Assembly (NCBI GenBank): GCA_037379345.1
Contig: CM074512.1
Location: 27,032,001-27,096,000, forward strand
Length of the DNA: 64,000 nt
Reading direction: 5' to 3'
Origin: Perna viridis
Lineage: Eukaryota
The notes beneath the pieces are model-generated. The model was not told where the DNA came from. It ran no database searches and was given only the letters and a program-made list of their open reading frames with translations. Position numbers and translations under genes: made by a program. This document shows, in pieces, positions 12,191 to 25,847 of the stretch. Position 1 is the first letter of the stretch. Every line of letters starts with the position of its first letter.

Positions 12191-13098
12191 ACTAGAGGCT
12201 CCAAAGAGCCTGAAATATTAAAATTCTGGTTACTTATCATCTGATCAAATAGAACAAAATGCTTATCATTCAGAGAGACTCCTCCTGGCATCATTGTGTC
12301 TAAGGGTACATAAATAAAAAAAATTCTGATCTGTAATCATTTCCAAGATATATTGATGCTTAATACCAGAGATCATTAAGTTTTGTCTTTCAATGCCTAT
12401 AACTCGAATAGTTTAAATTGTCAGACAACTTTGATCCTTGAGGACTTTTGGAGGCCAAGTCATAAGTCATTTTATCCGTAAGAACTGCAAAAAACATCAT
12501 ATTGCCTTTCAAATGCATTAGCTCATATAAGGAATTGTCATAACATCATAAATTCCTCAAATGGAGAATTTTGTAGGCCCTATAGTTAAGATCATTTCAT
12601 TAATCAAAAGTTATCAAATAAAATAAAAATAACTGCAAATTAGTTATTTTTGGTCCTTCAAGAACTATAACCTTAATAAGAAATTATTATCAAACTCCAA
12701 TCTAATGAAGACTTTTGTAAAGCTTTTCACTCTAAAAAAGCCAGAGTGGCCAGGTCAAATCATAATGGATACAATTTCTGGAAGTGGGCAACTGAAAGAT
12801 GATGGTGACCCATTTTGGTAACAATTCATTACTTAGTTCAAGATATAAAGGTTTAAAGAAAAGTTAATTATGACAAATGCAAAATTTGATATGATTTTAC
12901 TCATAGCAAAAAAAGTAGATACTTGGAGAAAAAAAATAGGAATTAGGGGGTAAGGTCTAGAAAAACAATGTTCAGACAAAGATCTGTAACTTAAGATACC
13001 AGAATTTTAGATAAATATTTATTTAAATAGGAAGAAAATCAGGTCTAATTTAAGTTGTGACAATAGTTAACTTGGACTTTCAGTTCAGGTGAGCTAAA
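12191..13098 (+). mobile_element. Degenerate Helentron-associated (HINE-like) non-autonomous element
   Basis: Starts ACTAG plus hairpin AGGCTC-CAAA-GAGCCT. Internal TTCAA…TATAAC core remnants (~12389, ~12657). Ends …TTTCAGTTCAGGTGAGCTAAA. Confidence 0.55.
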
Positions 13099-13729
13099 TT
13101 AGCAAAGACAGACTAGCAATATGTTGTACTATAACAGGAACAAATAATCTATCAAATGGTCACAAAGTTTGCAAAGTGATTTTGGACAAAATGGTTTTAA
13201 TTTTAGATTGTACAATGTGTTTCTTTTCTTCATTTACAAGATCTTTCCTTTGAAGTTTAAGATAATCGATACTGTTCACTGAACAAATAGGGCTTTAAAG
13301 TATGAAGTACATGTAGTACCCAGATGTAAATACATAACAGTGCATAAGTATTGCAACATTAATTAAATTGTGGCTGAATTAGCCTTACATTGCATGTTCA
13401 GTCACATAATACTAAATAATGCAGAAAATTGATTAACATTGCAATGTAAGTTCACTTAACAAAAGAAATGCTGATACATGTATGTGCATATATTACAGCA
13501 AAACTATGCAAGGTTGATCGATTTGCACTCCATCAATACTCAGTGTTACAAGTTTACGGGCATTTAAAGACTTTATTTCTACATGGAGCAGATATTCTAT
13601 TTACATAAATTAGATACCTCAATCTTATTTATTCTTCTTGCCGCAAGTAATTTCGTATAATTGTAACAAGTTTTGTATGTGACTTTCTGATGTTTCTAAA
13701 CACATATAATGTTTTGAAATACTACAATC

Positions 13730-14400
13730 AAGGCTTTTGTCAGTAAGAAAAAAACAACTGAAACTCAGTCAAAGCTTTTTTTTTCATTAAATGAAAATTG
13801 AAATTTTGTTATAACTTTTTCAGTCAGGATAAGCCAACTAAAAAAAGTAAAACATTTTGTCAATGAGTAAAAACAAAATGGAACTCACAAATAGCATTTG
13901 TCTGTAAGTAGAAAACCAACTGAAACTCAGTCATAGCTTTTGTCTGTAAGTGACAACCAACTGAAACACAGTCGTAGCTTTTGTAAGTGAAAACCAACTG
14001 TAACTCAGTCATAGCTAAAACCGATACTCAGTCAAGGACTTTTAGTGAAAACAATTAGAAACTCAGTCAAAGCTTTTTAACCTTAGGTGAAAACATACTG
14101 AAACTCCATCAAGGCTTTTTTGGTAAGCCAAACCCAACTGAAACTCAGTCAAGGCTTCCTTGGTAAGCCAAACCCAACTGAAACTCCATCAAGGCTTTTT
14201 TGGTAAGCCAAACCCAACTGAAACTCAGTCTAAGGCTTTTTTGGTAAGCCAAACCCAACTGAAACTCCATCAAGGCTTTTTTGGTAAGCCAAACCCAACT
14301 GAAACTCAGTCAAGGCTTCCTTGGTAAGCCAAACCCAACTGAAACTCAGTCTAAGGCTTTTTTGGTAAGCAAAAACCAACCAAAATTCTGTCAAGGTCAT
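13730..14400. repeat. 40-bp minisatellite, homogeneous at 14100-14370 and degenerate upstream
   Basis: Unit TGGTAAGCCAAACCCAACTGAAACTC(AG/CA)TCAAGGCTT(CC/TT)T. Confidence 0.92.
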
Positions 14401-15584
14401 TGTCAGAGAGGTAACAGTAAAATCAAAGGCCTATTAACTACTTCAAGCACTGTAACTAAAAAACGTGAAGGAAGTCCAACTAAAAATCAACCATGAAAAT
14501 TATCAGTAACTGGACAATGAAAAAACTTCAGACAAGGTCAGAGATTGTAAGTAAGATCTATTATTCTACATGAATGATATTTGAAAATAACCCTCAGATA
14601 AACAAGATTTTTCTATGTCAAGGAAAACTGGAAACTAACACCTAGTTCTACTCCTAAAGCTATCTATTCATCATCTTCAGCTCTGATTTCACTAATACCT
14701 CTCTAATCTACAAGTATGAATGAATTTCTTATCAATTTTTCATGCAATAAATTATTAACCATATACAGTGAAGACCTGCAGATATTTTATACCAATCAAT
14801 GAATTTCTATCATGTTACTAATTTGATTTGCATTTTTTTTTTGTTGGACTTTTTTATTCTTTAAAGAATATTGAAAACAATATGATAATAGAAATATACT
14901 TATTATAAAGACATTTATTTCGCCAAGTCATTTTCAATAACTATTAAACATGCATAAAAAGATAAAGCATTAACATTTAAATTCATTATAAAGCTATAAA
15001 GCCAATAAAATTTTGACTCATTCAAAACCTCTTCAGCCTGTCATGCCACATCAATGAAATAATATTTTACAGTAATTCCATATCTTGCATAATCAGTTAG
15101 TACACATTGTACTTATCTAATGCAGAAAACCTACTAGGTCAGCAAATCTGTCAACTTCATTATTGTCTGGTTTCTCTAATGACAACACAGTGTATCAGAA
15201 TATTTAATTTCACTACTTGATCCATTTTAATATTTTCTTCACTGATATATGAATGAAAGCAGCTCAGGTTCCATCAAAAACATTAAATTTTCATTATTTC
15301 TAACCAGTTAATGGATTTTAGATGAATCTGACAACACAACCCATCCTATATTATTTTCCCTAATCAGACAAAAGACACAATAATAACTGATCTGGAATGG
15401 TTTTAACAGAGTAAAGAAATAACAATTAGAAAGATTCTTCTTAGATTTAGGCAGCTCATAAGACTTTATGGATTTTATACTATTGTTACTCAATAGCATA
15501 TAAGTAAATTTCTGAGAGCAAGCTCTCACAGGGAATATCCCATGATTCAAGTGGCTTTAATCATGTTATACATTTAAGTTCAAT

Positions 15585-15912
15585 AATCTCCCTTTGCAGT
15601 GACCTGATATTTTAGATATTTTCAATTATGCATACCTACATACCTCAAAAACTTCACAACATATATTGAGAGAATTAAGAAGAGATGGACTTAAGAGGAT
15701 TTTACATGTAAAACCCTTAACTTGGGTTATCCCCCTTTGCAGGTATGGGCCAATAATTATCTTCCTTAATGCACACCTACATATGATGACTAGCCTTCCT
15801 ATAAAATTTAATAAAAATCCATGGAGCAGTTAGGAAGGAAATGCCTTGACATATAAATGGACAGACAGACAAACAGACAGGGTGATGAAAATTTAGTTTG
15901 CTGGAGGGTGTT
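15585..15912 (+). mobile_element. 3' fragment of a HINE-like element
   Basis: (GACA)n tract at ~15859-15880 followed by GGGTG…TTTGCTGGAGGGTG, the same layout as the end of 43240-44355. Confidence 0.45.
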
Positions 15913-17215
15913 GGAGAAATAAAAACAAGGAGACACTTACTGCCAGTATGTATAAATTGTTCAATACCTAAATCACTTCTCACCAAAATGACCTTCAATA
16001 CCATACATATATACCAGTCCTAAAAAAATATTTTTTTAATCACAGTGCAGAAAAAAATATTGCAAAATTGACATGTATGTTTCTTGCCCAGGATTTTCCC
16101 ACTAGAAAAATATCCATAAAGTCAAAAACTTTGTAGAGAGCAGGTGGCGTGACTAAGACAATAGCTTTAAGCTGCTGTAATCCGTCTTCCTAAGGACCAA
16201 TCTAAGAAGACAAATATTTGTACATGTATTCGTCGATTTCTCGATGACTAGTATGATTACATAATCCAATCTGTTCAAATTTGTCACCTTCCGTGCATTC
16301 TCTATTACTATTAGGCCAAAATAATAAATTCTTGGTTCATAAGTTCTCTGTCTCCTATCCTGCTTTAAATAGGAAGGCAAAATATGGGCTGCTACTGGTA
16401 CAAGATATCAGAATAATTTTTGTGTAAAATTTATTTTTAAAATTAGTAATTTATACTCTGTTTCTTATAATTATTTTAAGTATCTGTCCAGATGACACTG
16501 AGTGACTTATGGTCCCTACTCCATTTCTCTTTTTTTAAATTTTTATAATTTTCAATTCCATCCCTTAATTTTTTTTTTATAATTTGATCTAAACTTTAGG
16601 AAGTCATGACTGTACTCTCTCTTTATCCTAAAAATATTCAACTTCTTTACACTGTACAAAAAGTTTGTTTAAGCTTAAGGGCACAATTTGTAAATTCAAT
16701 TTTTTTTCTAGTAGAATTAATTTTAGATATTATACTCCATTTTTTGGTCTGAAAACACATAAATATTTGTAATGGCCTAGAATGCTTGACAAATTGATCT
16801 TTGGATATTGTGGCCTAATAATTCTCTGATCACATTCCACTTCTTCCAGTTAATAGACGTATTCCTGTCAATATTTCTCCAGTAAAAAGTACAAAATATG
16901 TCTCGTCTTAATTCTAAAATAAACAAGAAGAAAAAGAAATCATGTGACAATATATTAATCCATTTAAACTTAATGACCACCCTCTTCTTTTGAACAAACG
17001 ATTTTCTGTCTTTGAGGTAATACTCTGTCAAAAGTATTTCCGAATAAGCCAAAAATTATAGTGTCTCAGCCTTGTATGTCATTTGGTTATAGTGTCATCA
17101 TGTGAGAACAATACTGGTGACAATTAAAGGGAATATATTCCTTGATTCAATGATTGGTCATTATCTTCTAACCATGTAATCCATCACTATCACTGATTTA
17201 ATAGTCTCTACTCAC

Positions 17216-17307
17216 CTGTATTTTTTACCTGAACAATTGTTATTTTCTTTGATGTCTTTTTTTTCTGCACAAACTTGTAATGGAAATTCACTAACAGGGT
17301 TTGATCA
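17216..17307 (-). other. Candidate 92-nt exon on the minus strand, probably non-coding
   Basis: Minus strand has acceptor TATTTTTTTATTCCAG| and donor ACAG|GTGAGT. All three frames contain a stop (one only at the first codon). Confidence 0.35.
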
Positions 17308-18764
17308 CTGGAATAAAAAAATATTAAATTGTAATTCAGTAATCATTAAATGAGACCCTAATGTCTTTCAACTTGATAAAAATTACTGTAAAGGGGTTCC
17401 TTCATCTTAAGGTGAAATGAAATACAGTACAATACAATAATAAGCCCTTGTTCTTGAATCAAAAGCTGGGTTTTCAAAAAGAAAAATATTAGATATAATG
17501 ACTATGTGCAAGATTTTCAGTAGCCAAGACAATGATTTAGTGTATAAAACAGAAACAAGTAAATTCACAAAAATCTGACATTTTGTGCCTTTGAAAAGAT
17601 TTTGTCATTTTCAACAATGAAAGGGATAAGATTGGATTAATGGACAAGTATTCATACTGCATTCTTTCCTTTTGGAACGAGTAAAGTGGATATTTAAAAT
17701 ACCAGTTTATTATCAACTCCTGATGATTCAAGTCTTTTCATAGAGATAAATTATCAATAAGATTATAAACATCTAATATTTAATTTCTGACTAAAACCAA
17801 CTAGAAATACCATTATGACATTATTTGTAAAACAAATCTTGTCATTTATACGTCTTGACTTTAAAAAATCCTCAATTGCTAAATAAAAAGACTTGGCAAT
17901 AATCTGTAAGAATCGTGGATAAATTTTAAACAGGACCATTACATAAATAAGTTTCAAGTGACATATTTACCAAATTTAATTCAAAATCTGCATAATAATG
18001 CACCAAATCGTGTGCATTCTTTCGGTACATACTTACCTCCCTTTGAATAGATAACAAAGGAGAACTTAGCAGCAATGTTACCTTATATATGACCACAGCC
18101 ATCAGATATTATTATAAACATTGTTGCACTAAGGGTAGGGATCTCCCAAACAAATTTCTTACAAAACAAACCTCTAGTTATCAAATGAAAAATAAGAATT
18201 GTCCCCCAATACATTTGCAGAACCTGTACAATTCTGCTGGAAACTTTGTCCTTTTTATATGCGGAGAAAGAGTTGTATAGAAGAGGCAAAAGGGGCAAAG
18301 TCTAGCCTTCAATACTGAGCTCATACTTCACATGAGTAAACATAATGGGTTAATGGGGACCTAACTGTATTAACTCTTATCACAAGACAGATATGTGTGT
18401 TAAACAGAATACAACTGTCTTCCATGAATATTGTACATTTATAAAAAGGTTTTCTATTATTTTGTAAGACCTGCTTTTTATGCATGTAGTCTCCAGGGAC
18501 AGACATTAAAAGAAAATGTATTATATTGCTGAATAAGTAAACTATCTTCACAAGAAACATGAAAACTGTGATATGAAATGATGATGATGTACAAGAATGT
18601 TGTAACGAAAGAGATAAGAAAAAAAATATGAAAATTTTAAATTGTAAAATTGAATAAAAAATTTTTTTAACTCCTACACAATCATATACAGCTAGATTAT
18701 CTCCCCTTTAATATGGAACTGTACTTTTTTAAACCGCAGATAGTGATAAGAACTATTCAAAAGT

Positions 18765-19128
18765 ATCCTCAGGTAACCAAGTTCCCCCAGGCCACGCCGC
18801 ACATAAAAAGTGTGCACAACAAATAATTCCAGAATCGGGTTACTTCAGGCCCCCCTTTAATAAATAATATAGATAGATTATCCCAGGCCCCTTCCAACAC
18901 ATTAAGACAGGGTACTTCAGTTCCTCTCTTCAATACATTATATTGAAAGGTTACCTCAGGTCCCCTCTTCAAAACATCATATAGAAAGGTTACCTCAGGT
19001 CCCCTCTTCAATACATTTTATTGACAGGTTATCTCAGGTGCCCTCTCCAATGCATTTTATTGACAGGTTATCTCAGGTGCCCTCTCCAATACATTTTATT
19101 GACAGGTTATTTCAGGTCCCCTCTTCAT
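18765..19128. repeat. 39-bp minisatellite, diverging leftwards
   Basis: Unit TTGACAGGTTATCTCAGGTGCCCTCTCCAATACATTTTA; the ORF track shows a 13-aa periodicity. Confidence 0.9.
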
Positions 19129-21412
19129 TACAATAATGAATTATTATGCAATTTTTGGTTACCTAAGGGCACTTTTGAATGGACCTTATCATCATCTGCA
19201 CTTGAACCCCAGGTATTGAAAGGATGGATTTTTTTTTCTGGGGGAGGGGGTAAAAAATTATACATGTACCGGGATATATAATATTTGGATAAAGATATTT
19301 AAAGATAGGAAGAAATGACTTTACATGAATTCTGTAAACAAAAATTGTACATTTCTCACAAGAATAGTTCTGAAAAAGAAAATGCTGTTTTTACTGATAT
19401 TTCAATGGAATTTTTGCTTATAAATATTTAATTCTAAGGGGAAACATCAACATATACACATACTAATAAACATACACAGGTGCTTTGGCAGGTCAGAAAA
19501 AACCCAGAGACTTCCATTATTTCTACTTTTCTCAATAAAAACTAATGATCACAAGTCAAAACATTCCTATTTAAACCAATGCAGGGCATTTTAACAGAAA
19601 ATAGGGCTTAAGTTTAACCTTGTACGATCTGTGGGAAGATTATAGTGATAAAATGGTATCTTATTCTCTATGATTACCTCAGTTTTGAATTTTAATGTAA
19701 TAAATGTCTATAACTTTATCAGACTACTCATCAGGTGCCTAACCCTGGTCAAACTTTTCTCTGTGCCATACCATACTTTATCAGCCTTAACAAATGTTAC
19801 TAACCATTGCATAACATGACTTTTTAACTGACTGGTGTAGATTTTGATCAGTTTATGACAGTTTAACATTAAGACAGATGCTTTTAAATCAGTTTCATCT
19901 ACCTACCAAAACTGCTGTTAAATAGTGTCTTAATATCACATACAAGGGTGAGCAACTTGAAGAGAGTGATTAGGGAAAACAGGGGTTCAAAAGGAAAAAC
20001 TGTTCCAACTTGGAAAAGCTTAAATCTTTGTACTTCAAAGTAAAGGATCAAGCTTTCATTGATTAAGTGTGAGACTAACCTAATTTTAGGGATTTATTAT
20101 GCAGTTATGCTTTTATCCTTAAATTTCTGCTTTCAACAAATTCCTTGATATTTGAATTTGCATTGTAACAACCCAAACCTTAGACTGTTTAGAAACTAAG
20201 TATTTTGAAGAAAACTCACAATTTTTACAAATTTATGACAGTTAGTCCTACATGATTAGGGCCATAACCCTAAAAAATCTATTCAAAATGACAAAATTTG
20301 TTACAGATTCATATGAAAACTTTTAAAAGTGACTACAAAAAAGGGGACTACGAAAGTCAGTACTGAAGCATTATTTGACGGCAACTTTTTTGGGTCATAT
20401 AAACATGATAAGTTCTGTAAGTACCATTCAATGTAGTTGTTTTCTAATGGTTATTTATTAGAACTATAATGGTAGTTTCTGATGAACTCAACTCTATATC
20501 TACTGTATGCAGTAAAGTTCTAAAGCTATACAGCAAGTCATCAAACCACTTACTGTCAGACATAAATGTGAGACATTAATCTTGTCCTGTTCAGTACTGC
20601 TGTACTTTACACAATACACTGCTAAGGTGTTTGTATCAGAATTATTCCTCCCTAACACTCCACCATCAAATATCATCAATTACACCTGTAGCAAATACAA
20701 AGTTCATCGTTTCTTTTCTTCTATTTTTTTTTTTAGACATACAAATATATGTAAAAGTATGTCTATCTCTTGGGTACAATTTGATGGTCTTTGCTGTTCC
20801 TTACGTAATTGTAGTTTATTGGTTTTGAAAGCAATTTTTTTATATTGCTCATAATTAAATAAAAACATCAAAATCAAATCTTATATAGAGTAAAAGAGCC
20901 ACTCAATATACATTTTATAACTAAAATTAATTAATAAATACTTACTCTATAATGTGTTATACAACAAATACTCATCATGTCATAGGTTATATATGGAAAG
21001 TTATTTTAATAAATAATTTTTCAATTAAAAAGATTTGTCATATAATATATACGATAGTAAATTACATCATATAAATTTACATATATTGGACATCTCATAT
21101 ATCACATAAAATATTGATAGATATTTCACTAGTATTTTAGATATGTTACAAAGTATATGGCATTTAACAGGTCTTGCAAATACTTTTCAATAAAGTATTT
21201 CATATTTTATACATAAAAATATCATGATTATTACACAAAGTATCTCATATTATATATAATTTTTAAGATATTAATAACATTATCATTAATTATTTTAATA
21301 TTATTGCATACTAGTACACAAAATGTCTTACACATGAGTTTAAATCTCTTATATATATTATACCCTGATGTAAGTTTACTTAAAGGAGCAATAAAGTGTA
21401 CTTATAGATTGT

Positions 21413-21768
21413 TGTATTAGGCAATGTGTCCTGCTATAGCATCAAGAATGTATCAGGCAATGTGTCCTGCTATAGCATCTAGAATGTATCAAGCAATGTG
21501 TCCTAGAATGTATTAGGCCATGTGTCCTGCGGTAGCATCTAGAATGTATCAGGCAATGTTTCCTGCTATAGCATCTAGAATGTATCAGGCCATGTATCCT
21601 GTTATAGCATCTAGAATGTATCAGGCAATGTGTCCTGTTATAGCATCTGGAATGTATCAGGCAATGTGTCCTGCTATAGCATCTAGAATGTATCAGGCAA
21701 TGTGTCCTGCTATAGCATCTAGAATGTATCAGGCAATGTGTCCTGCTGTAGCATCTAGAATGTATCAG
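21413..21768. repeat. 36-bp minisatellite, left arm
   Basis: Unit CAGGCAATGTGTCCTGCTATAGCATCTAGAATGTAT. Confidence 0.95.
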
Positions 21769-22286
21769 TTTGTTTGTTTGTTTGTTGGGGTTTAACGTCC
21801 GAGCAGCAATATTTCAGCTATATTCAGACGATGAACATGAAATTGATGATAAAATGAACATGAAATGATGATGAAATGAAAAAGGGATGGGACACAAGGA
21901 CAATGGGGTCGACAAATTTTGATTGCCACTGGAAATTGGGAGAGGTGGGTAGGGTCGGGCAATTTAGCCTCCTGTGGCCGAGCCCCATGGTTCCTACTCC
22001 GGGAATACCACAGTAGGGTTCTTTAACGTGCAAGGAACGTGGCATCTTTCCCAACACGGTGCACCACTATGGTTTGCGGTCAGGTTTTCCGTATTATAGC
22101 CTGACAACCCCAGCATGTAACATGCCAGGGGTACCCCATTCCACCACCTGGGCACACATCCCAGTTGCTCTGTGGGCAGAGTGCTCTAGCCCCCGGCTAG
22201 GGTTCTGAGCACTATTTAGTCGCCTTTTACGACAAGCTTAGCGCTGCTGCAGGCCTATTCTTTTAACACCCGGACCTGCACAGGGA
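21769..22286 (-). mobile_element. ~518-bp SINE-like retroposon, copy 2, inserted into a 36-bp minisatellite
   Basis: Reverse complement aligns end to end with 6535-7046. 12-bp TSD AGAATGTATCAG (21757-21768 and 22287-22298). (TTTG)n tail on the + strand from 21769. Confidence 0.93.
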
Positions 22287-22795
22287 AGAATGTATCAGAC
22301 AATGTGTCCTAGAATGTATCAGGCCATGTGTCCTGCTATAGCATCTATAATGTATCAGGCAATGTTTCCTACAACAGCATCTAGAATGTATCAGGCCATG
22401 TGTCCTGCTATAGCATCTATAATGTATCAGGCAATGTTTCCTACCACAGCATCTAGAATGTATCAGGCCATGTGTCCTGCTATAGCATCTATAATGTATC
22501 AGGCAATGTTTCCTACCACAGCATCTAGAATGTATCAGGCCATGTGTCCTGCTATAGCACCTATAATGTATCAGGCAATGTTTCCTACAACAGCATCTAG
22601 AATGCTATATAAGGCAGTGTTACCTACAGCAGCATCTAGAATGCTATATCAGGCAGTGTTACCCACAGCAGAATCTAGAATGCTATATCAGGCAGTGTTA
22701 CCTATAGCTGGATCTAGAATGATGTATCAGGTAATGTTACCTACAGTAGGATCCAGAATGCTGTACCAGGCAATGTTACCTACAGCAGGATCTCG
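22287..22795. repeat. 36-bp minisatellite, right arm (72-bp dimers, then 39-bp variants)
   Basis: Alternating GTGTCCTGCTATAGCATCTATAATG / GTTTCCTACCACAGCATCTAGAATG units, then units with a 3-bp insertion. Confidence 0.93.
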
Positions 22796-25740
22796 ACAGC
22801 ATCATGTTGCATATTTAAGGAAAGCAATCAGTTGATATGATAGCAGTCGAATGCATGACAATGGTTCTTATTCTGTTTGTTTGTGCTTGATGTAAATATT
22901 GTTTCTTTTCCTGGAAACAGAGAAGCAAGTCTGCAAAGATGTATTAGAAGCAAAAATATTGTACTTGACAATCAATAAATAGGCTTTCTAATTGAAACAA
23001 TAGCAAAGTTTTTGTACAAGGTTGTTAGACTATTTCATGCATTTCCCTTTGATTAAAAATGATAAAATATGGCTTGTACAAAGAACAAATCTACTATTTA
23101 CATTTTACATACCAAAAACTGTTCTATGTACTGAAGTCGGTCAGCCCTCAACAAAAAGTACACAGCCTGTTATAGTCAGTCATGGCTTAATGAAATATCT
23201 ATATAATTGAAATTACATCATGGAATACATTAAAAACCAATGAAATTTACTTTACATATCTAATTTGATTAAAAATTTACTCAAATGGATTTTTTCGAGT
23301 TTTAAATGGATTGCAACAAGCATAACAGTTGTCTTTTTGATCTTACAAGAGTTTGATTTTAGAATTATCTTTGTCTTGAAAACAGAACTTGAATATCACA
23401 CCATCTTCAAATTTTTGAAGATTTGATAACATTTTATACATTTTACTACACTGCACCTGTCATACTCCAAGTTCTACTTTATCAAAGTGATATTCTTAGA
23501 TCCATACTGATATGTGGATGATAATTTCATGTTTATCATTGAAAATTTCATATTTATTTGCTGAAATTCAAAATAAGTGCAAGTAATTTAAAATTGTTGA
23601 CTGATAATAGCATGGGAATCTTATCTTCTTCATTTCTACTCACTACTTTCCACCAATTATCAAATTCCATGCTGAGTTCTAAATAATTGAATTTTTTTTT
23701 TTATTCTGAGAAAATTTTTAGGTGCCAACATGGAGATTGTTTAATGCTATCTCTGCAATGTACAGATCTCCACTTAAACAAGTACTTCTAAAACATAAAT
23801 AACCACATACAGTTAAAACTTTATAAACTCTTATGGCCTATTTTTTTTAAAACCTCTTATGGCCTTTTTTTTTGTTAGTTCTATATCCCTTGACAACTTT
23901 TATGATTAGATTAATAAATTGATTTTGCCAATAAAATTTGACAAATTTTATCAGAAGAATTTTATGATCCCAACCAGATCTGGATCTCTTGTCAGTCCAG
24001 CGTTGACAGAAGCCTGACTGAGGAATCAATATTCATAAAAGAGATAGATTATCCCTTTGACAATGATAAATTGTACAAATATGATTTTTTTTTAAAATTC
24101 ATTTTTGTATTTTTTCATCAGACTGAATTCTGTTGATTTGAACTATTTGTTGTAATAGATGTCATATTGTGCAAGCAATCACATGATAGGCACTTATGAT
24201 AGTTAAGGCTTAAGTTTGTAATATCAAAAGGTTAGCTGATAGAGCAACCAAGCTGAGAATTGTTTTCAACGCCTTTGTAATTTTGTGGTTTGGTTTATCT
24301 TTGACTCTGTGTGAGAAAAGTCTCAAGTAGATTTTACCTGAAGGATGAGTTGGTTTTTTTCCTGTATTTAAATCTTTTTCCCAACAAAATAGGTGTACAA
24401 GATGATATAATAAACCCCAGGTTAAAATTTTCCCAGGGTTGTGAGTAAGCATAAACAGTTCCCAGTTATTAACTAATACCTGCAAATATTATATAAAAAA
24501 AAATTCAACCATAATTTTGTTCAAACAGATGGTATTTACTACAATTAAATTTACTTTTGATTAGAAATATTGTAGAGAGAAGGATAAAATCATACAAAAT
24601 ACATTTATTCAATAAAAAAAAAGACAATACCAAAGAAGTGATGTCTTAATTCAAAAACATCCAGAAAATTCTGTCAATTATTTTCATCAATTAAGAGTGA
24701 TAAGGCAAACTTGAAGTCATGGCTACAAGAAAACATTGAAGCCTTCAGCCTTAATTGATGGTATTCTTTCCTCTGTCAGCCATGTCTAGAAATAAATCCT
24801 GGCTTATATTTAGGAAATTTTTAATTAGAAATATCAGGATATTTTTTTTCAAGAAAAGAAATGATTCACGATTAGTTGATGATGTAAAAACTTGCTCTTT
24901 CCAGAGGTGTAGAGGTTCTAAAACGGTATCAGTTGAGAAATCATAATGGACAAGATAGCATAGGAAAAGATATATACAATTCTACAGACATAATAAACGA
25001 ACCAACATCCAGTCACTGTAGTATGTAAATGTAATGCCATTATATACACAGTCAATAAGGCACAGGATATTAACTTTTTGTATCAAAAGTACTAGAAAGT
25101 ACATGCATAAACCATTGACTGCATCCATAGTATATAAAACTGAATTTAAGAATTGATATGGTGTTTTTATTAAATGTATTACAAAAATGCAAATGGGTTT
25201 TAATAGCAATACTTAGATGTAGATAGGGATGTCTACTTGCAGATCCAACAGTTGGGATTGGAGGGTCACAATGGGTTTAGGACCAAACTCAGTTCTGGGG
25301 GTGGTATTGCCCTGAATTAAGGGATCAACTTTGCTAAAAATTGAACAAGATTAATTAGGGTATAACCCAGATAAAAAACCATAGTGTCAATGAGTATTAG
25401 ACAAAGTAACACCAGTTTTTAGCATATCACTTTAATTTTCAACTTGCTATCTGAAAGGTTATATTGGTAGATTAAAACATAAACAGATAATCCAATAATG
25501 GCACACAGAATTTACAAAATGATTAGGTCATAGTTATATCACAAGTATGTCATGAAATATTGCTTTTAAACAGTTTTCAAATAATTTGTATCATAATGGA
25601 AGGTTCAGTGGTAGTTTTAAAAGAAACTTTATATTTTGCCAGAAGTTGCCATGAAACAAGAGGCTTTGTTATATCAATGAGTTCCGCAGTTCAATTTTCC
25701 TACACATTAATACTCTTTGACTTGAAATGATTTTTCATAA

Positions 25741-25847
25741 AGTTACTTTATTTCTTTGTTGTGTATGTCTGTTTTCCATGTCTGGTCTTTGTCCCTGGAT
25801 TACATTCTTTTGATTACCGCTATAACCTTGGTTCCCTTGATTACTCT
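25741..25847 (+). mobile_element. Truncated copy B of the 7565-7764 repeat
   Basis: Direct high-identity match to ~7656-7763 with the same right end. Confidence 0.75.

Noticed and set aside
19705-19740. Hammerhead ribozyme core (CTGATGAG on the minus strand)
   Set aside because: No stem II followed by GAAA; other CTGATGA hits also lack the flanking helices.
21520-22835. Repetitive protein ORFs (MYQAMCPAIASR)n
   Set aside because: Read-through of a stop-free 36-bp minisatellite interrupted by a TE, with no splice or promoter support.
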